From the IMG/VR virus record IMGVR_UViG_3300035438_000178, positions 1-61,720 of that record: a stretch of DNA of 61,720 bases, one strand, 5' to 3'. Below are positions 59,501 to 61,720 of this stretch, one piece after another. A program made the translations under genes and the position numbers. The DNA comes from a virus (lineage: Duplodnaviria; Caudoviricetes). The notes beneath the pieces were generated by a model that had not been told where the DNA came from, ran no database searches, and worked only from the letters and a program-made list of their open reading frames with translations. How positions within the stretch are numbered: position 1 is the first letter of the stretch; every line of letters starts with the position of its first letter.

Positions 59501-60149
59501 TTGTGAAATCCTGTAAACGGGAGTTTACTTGAGAAGTTTGCTGAGAACGTACAACATCCTCAAACTTCTTTTGGGTAGTTTGAAGCTGAGTAGAAAACGG
59601 GTCTACCTCTTTTCCTTTCAAGTTTAAAGTAGCACCACCACGACGTTCGAAACTCTGTCTTGCTGCCTCAATAGCGTCTTCTTCAGGGCTTTTTGGACGG
59701 AACTTAAGAGCCTCTTGGGTACGACGCTCAGTAATAGTTTCAAAAATCTTGTTCGGAGTTTTGCTAAGTGACTCTACTTCATCAGAAGTAATGTATCCAT
59801 TATCAATACCCTCCCGAACAACTTTAAGAGCAGCGCTGTTATAAATCTCGTTCCGGTTTATACCATATCGGTCACCCGCGTTTTTGGTAGTCTCGGAAGC
59901 CGAAGTAGACGGCATAGGCTTTTGCACGCCACGTCCAGCGGATGGAACAGCCATAGACTCCTTCCTTCCCTCTGATGACGTTGAAGGAGTAGGAGTAGTT
60001 GATTCTTTTTTTTTTACCCCGTACAGCTTCTTGTAGTCATCTACGACAAACTGAATATTAGCATCTGATTCTTTGTTAGAAATCATTTTTCTAACAATGT
60101 CGTCAAGTTTTAATTTGTCTTTTTCAGAAAGAATAAGTTGGTCTTCCAT
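50598..60149 (-). CDS. Giant internal virion/ejection protein with HExxH zincin-like and LPD38-like domains
   Basis: 3183 aa; Ala/Gly hydrophobic block near aa 330-510; IEGYY..IRHEILHP; C-terminal VDFSKGG...ISPYLNVAFQ. Confidence 0.7.
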   Translation of the reverse strand: MEDQLILSEKDKLKLDDIVRKMISNKESDANIQFVVDDYKKLYGVKKKESTTPTPSTSSEGRKESMAVPSAGRGVQKPMPSTSASETTKNAGDRYGINRNEIYNSAALKVVREGIDNGYITSDEVESLSKTPNKIFETITERRTQEALKFRPKSPEEDAIEAARQSFERRGGATLNLKGKEVDPFSTQLQTTQKKFEDVVRSQQTSQVNSRLQDFTKQEILDKLPEDKRNDKEYLKKVENDLFINQGISLDLSGDKRYNDQNIFKDFVYNLASGIGNLDYGIRSAIGVEVDSFGLPLESSRQLQQKEFNLNTTKFEQDFYDALTDGDFSNAARIALNTTAQSAPLMGIAAAANFAGGPAASYATMAALSAAQSYGDVKNEKWFKDMSDVEALGYVSAMGATEAVGEVVGGRVLTRAMRGVVDAGGKAAAKKTFNEYFTGLIKGGAVNLTEESLGEAFTGASQYVIDNAAKGEEVTASGIIEAAVRSGAAGLGMAGIITGAGATASTPVYLAGRIGRNFEVTKINKALEVKRNAMSEAQTPEERYALTKDILDLTKRRDGEVKSSVAFFENMTKDDQAKVYALNSDLEQLAKSRMESTNDEVRDSMKTQMLDTYSQIKNITEKYKYDNLEKGQVPSPEQGGQAPVKVEPVTEGGQAAPQAGGVVQETGEEVKVETDADKIATRVDALPVFEAMAQNQEVDINDANTAQEQIIQAIDEVQALDIPEDEKQVYTDVLTDKFNEIDYYDNKTAITTEEVTTEVPVGAPKRTPKISVKPQGKLNLSERVNYAPVSTGNEKPGERSYLEVQEDGTVDVVVFKRKREVGREKGVFPNYDAIEYVESSLDEFGNIDGVVVRSATPKGQPVSARTITIRNRSERTVLGKPTTSDLNLAMDLAIEGKIRQLGAIPQYEFDQAYEKVTKQVEKKTKVPAKPRPEVQTKEEAVAARDVEVIGIGNLSKRLNKKTAEVINRYLSTLYSVLPDVNLVLHYNKESLYESLAERPDFEIEGYYNAKDKQIHVLVTPDMNGQIAKDQMRVIRHEILHPILDAISREDRTFQFRASRIIMDIIDTLPEELSRTAAARKMRQVINNADMEEIFVEFVAQFSQPELYNQIKPETSTFEKIVDFVNNILKFFGVEKRLKSKKEVFDFLNLMNQAFEAGQAVKIKQSGPQANAIKSLKFSIGEPEAIQFVQRFLEDKPSMLVMEKEILDAKNIQDEVSEPLLNSMTVLEHFAKKLNVPLIFVKSDTAKFDFTSKVEFLDDFKKMLGVKYGKEALEFFKSKGYDIDLDKPTNKVVFVNADAKSRDQAMFSYGALFFDIVKQRNKQFYSSVIDRVVSGKNIEGDGLLSIARASYEKLLEVASARAATGIKNLEFGKFLNTANIETKTQLAYIAISDALAEYSLTYSDDDVNNNKVVKAIVDESIKEFNEQLEKTNLSIEDFNVKSRLDDLSQIIKQNTELPSLSTEAYKTTLDTLQDIIASKMVNTDAAYQGLQLDVVAYDDALNESRTVGGYDFGIKRLSDEAKLFLSSLFTSGTNLISNMYEFQASVFNYKSTSSFFKGDIDELFNVKMDATDKLIDVFSKIDINNFDKLIEATSFGSVSLEPKQRALIISQYLKDKLENNLTSFNDYSIISKATLNYDPDDSTILGGYDDMINDAIEKAYKTKTLPILYRDNPKTYFIYYIGTDSDNQVRLAGIDKYNVSATYDLENEYSKVEGLDIDSPEVTNAFALYVEQTSKFVYHFTSLYSSLLNPTRFPSVLDFHSDIQEMIDSAKSAIKEGNSGANPDRITNSKAISDASPNLIGIGPGSFRMGRQELNLFQIDINSPEFMRSFVNGKAIDFISDSAKKATSRTPPKELLDKVLTVSDVRSILDDAGVKMQSNELQRKKSFDVEWVVPETYLGLDVIPEDIKGTTLKDTYTIDATYDPIGKNVYIAFSSDIFTYSNVPPYLDTARNFQRVVALIPKMFPDVEYATVSFAAAGDDRSHPYYKKFEKNVTKTIDSKSSSPEQKKIAEGIMNTIQQFEGNNLRRKILYNKAYARSVGPSFTLKSGTEIARVVTFSDNSLAVYAFNAVPNPKETESDYDNFNQSSYSGAANIERLINQYNGRLILSPEETKNMDYYEVRDFSEQFNAYSEVGEVIPFPKVLRNLNGETVFTKSAVKFSRKFKLDPTEEAKEDKALDKVAEASYDSDKEYASRMSAFNKFQKTIFSKNAWLDRQADVRDAMVEGNLEFAENLLTLRAGAFANATYLFEKAENAIYGKLSRADIELLDQLILMRRIIQIDSNWDERKKATEDSYKNARNNYDETKSITNALIREEKKKAKPDKKAIASLENDLIRAKAELDSLKERVEQYAVRPKHPKGLNAEQCIQATGALQRKLGNRKFNELNMYADAYFDQFRNILRSYYQNGLIDEQTLERFIKDDYEPRKFIEKIFENLDNEVFERAGTGLKQDVLKAIEEGSEGNLLMDSKMLLSFAFKAAEAKRFENIATAELAKGTTPDNALWLRKANNKTLSNGDVATDKYGNEVFDPADEGFTNVYYKEGGKLRAVQMRNDLYEQWQDMNKSFFGLGGRFKKVLSALAGAPILRIFATGYNPTFGFGLAVPEALNVIMSRSRVYGKDSFLPIALLKMAKDYSYGIYSKVRDKEILQDYFAHGGGMSFMSQEFRPEYRFKDKYKNKLEYNLAKRWDKFTKGIAYTGEAFEIGLRLAVYRRMIENLKQEFPDLAKTAEGIEKIKFMAAAEARDIVDFSKGGSLTKDLDAISPYLNVAFQATYATFKGIKDNPQAFAVKFAQYAGGLMGLVMYNILAYSDDDYEDIDPYIRHRYHVILLPVKNEDGTRKYLRIKKVQQLVPLTTAVETVARSWAHYINTGESKGYSEDEIKAIWENMADSVPFFVPGIDNASDLFSRIPTFNAIAKAFFNYDSFRNATIVPEQFFGKIKPYAEERENDKVEFFYKAIAKASESEFIPDISAPRLKAGVESVITQPSTNFLVGIAYGFLDVASRATAAVVGAEDIDLSQEKKETKASDVVSQEVSRALNAPVKIFIRDTSPKWRDYVKKGSKAEEIKLEEGTEDYIASEKIKSLARQELKTKKRNVAEIKRVLNSLPEAKRERIARKYFYELARTDEQRSMLSIRYAETPTIAAKMFYEKFGKMSSEEINDAFEDLKSTGFRPNEEFYVTFRELYNKK

Positions 60150-60156
60150 TTATATT

Positions 60157-61476
60157 TTACTTTTGTGAGTAACCGTATTTTTCACGAAAAGATTGTGCGC
60201 TAACAGTAGGTTGAGCAGTTTGTTGTGGCTGATTCGAAGATACGTTAAATATGCTCTCGTATGTTCTGCGGTCATTCTGGTCAACTAGGTATTGCTGGAT
60301 AGATGCAATGTCCTGAGGATTAGCCTTTTTGCCTCCCCATCCACCACCTTTTGACGTAGTTCCAGTTAGGTTTCCAACAGCGCTAGCTGAGCCATCCTTA
60401 CCCTTATAAGTAACCCATACCTCACCATTAGGCCAAGTACCAAAGTTGATAATTTGATTATCCCCAGAATAGATTCCTCCCTGAGCCTGATAACCAGTTA
60501 GATTAACTGGATTCTGTTTGCCTTGTTTATTGGTTACATAAACAGTACGCTCGAATGGTACGTGAGTACCCTGCTTACGATTACCTCCACCACCAAATCC
60601 AAACGAAGATTGTGATGATTGACGAGCATTTTGAATTTGGTCTTGACGAACTTCATAAGGATTGACAGCAGCTTCAGGAGTCAACGCCTCAGCATACTTA
60701 TAAGCCTCATCGCTAAACTTAGTTACCCAATTATCGTAGTTTGGGTTATCGTAAATGTTTTGAACCTGATTGTAATCAGTTACTTCTCCGTTCTCTCCAA
60801 TCTGTCGGAGAGACAGACCACTCCACAATGCTGCATTCTTTTGCGCCTCAGAATCCTGTAGACGTGTAGAGATAGTAGTACGTATCCACTTATCTCGCTC
60901 AATAGGGTCATACTTCCCTGTCTTGGGGTCAATAAAACTGAACTTAGCAGTCTCATCCCAATCCTTACGCACTTGCTGAGCCAACTCGTATGGATTCATA
61001 GTTTTATATGAATACTTACGGTCAATCAGAAATGGGTTCGTGGCAGCAGACATAATCTGCTCTGGATTCAATATAGCAGAATTGTACTCCGCATATACAT
61101 CCTTACCAGCCTTACCCTTCAAGTTTACCTTGTCTGGGTTAGCCAAAGCGTATGCCGTCTCCTTCTGTACGTTCTGAGTGTATGCCTGAGCAGCTCCTGC
61201 TACTTCACTATACTTAGCGTAAGCTTGATTAAGAGCAGCACGGCTACGTGCATTGTCATTCAGCTCAACCTCAACCATAGCCTTCTCTACGTCGTTGTAG
61301 AGTCCTTGAACAGCTTGTTTAGCGCCATCAAGGATAAGTCCTTCCTTCTTGGCGAACTTGCCTAAATAGTCTGCAAGTCTGTCTTCTTCTTGCTTGCGTA
61401 CTTGGCGTAGATTCTCAGCATACCCAACTAAGTCGGGTATATTGACAACTCCTGATGGTACTCCTGATACAGCCAT
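60157..61476 (-). CDS. Putative ejection (cargo) protein
   Basis: 439 aa helical; lies between 36..1031 (across the join) and the giant gene. Confidence 0.55.
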   Translation of the reverse strand: MAVSGVPSGVVNIPDLVGYAENLRQVRKQEEDRLADYLGKFAKKEGLILDGAKQAVQGLYNDVEKAMVEVELNDNARSRAALNQAYAKYSEVAGAAQAYTQNVQKETAYALANPDKVNLKGKAGKDVYAEYNSAILNPEQIMSAATNPFLIDRKYSYKTMNPYELAQQVRKDWDETAKFSFIDPKTGKYDPIERDKWIRTTISTRLQDSEAQKNAALWSGLSLRQIGENGEVTDYNQVQNIYDNPNYDNWVTKFSDEAYKYAEALTPEAAVNPYEVRQDQIQNARQSSQSSFGFGGGGNRKQGTHVPFERTVYVTNKQGKQNPVNLTGYQAQGGIYSGDNQIINFGTWPNGEVWVTYKGKDGSASAVGNLTGTTSKGGGWGGKKANPQDIASIQQYLVDQNDRRTYESIFNVSSNQPQQTAQPTVSAQSFREKYGYSQK

Positions 61477-61720
61477 TATTTACGCTTATTAAATTTTTTC
61501 AAAAGAGTACGGAAGTATGCGTTTTCTTTGGACAGACGAGCTGCTTGCTGAGGATTCAAAATAACTTCTCCACCAGTCATCTCACCAACCTTTTCTCCTT
61601 TTTGAATGATGTCAATAGGATTTGTCTTGTGATTGAAAGACCCTTTAGTCATCATACCACCTTCTTTCATATATGCAGCTCTGTCATTCAAGCCCAATTG
61701 CTCTAACAACCGCTTCTTCA
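61441..61720. repeat. Terminal direct repeat, right copy
   Basis: Matches 1-280 with 5 mismatches; ORF 61476..61709 is the duplicated 3' end of 36..1031. Confidence 0.97.

Noticed and set aside
1-61720. Stop-codon reassignment as in some crAss-like phages
   Set aside because: Long genes are intact in code 11; TAG (portal) and TGA (thyX) serve as real stops; no suppressor tRNA seen

Overview
The window is a complete, circularly assembled dsDNA tailed-phage genome. Bases 1-280 recur at 61441-61720, giving a unit length of about 61,440 bp. It has crAss-like/flavobacterial podovirus architecture, and abundant TAnnTTTG promoters point to a Bacteroidota host. The minus strand (about 29.6 kb down to 1, continuing from 61.7 kb to 48.85 kb) carries virion and lysis genes: M15 endolysin, small basic proteins, GroES-like protein, terminase, portal, fibres, major capsid, tail ring/nozzle proteins, ejection proteins including a 3183-aa HExxH/LPD38-like protein, and holin/spanin-like proteins. 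The plus strand (about 30.4-48.9 kb) carries early and replication genes: two paralogous putative amidoligases flanking a class II glutamine amidotransferase, GH73, ThyX, ERF, exonucleases, SSB, DnaA-C HTH, primase-helicase, RusA, and a glycosyltransferase with a methyltransferase. I recognise no DNA or RNA polymerase, integrase, tRNA or CRISPR array. The most unusual part is the early region (about 30-41.5 kb). It holds a textbook hammerhead ribozyme overlapping a stop codon, a 5'-leader pseudoknot, three near-identical strong promoters, dense RYCTAC/GTAGRY hexamer arrays around the amidoligase-GATase cassette, and an apparent 12-kb zone free of CCAG/CTGG. All family calls come from motifs recognised by eye, and all k-mer statements are by-eye scans that need counting.
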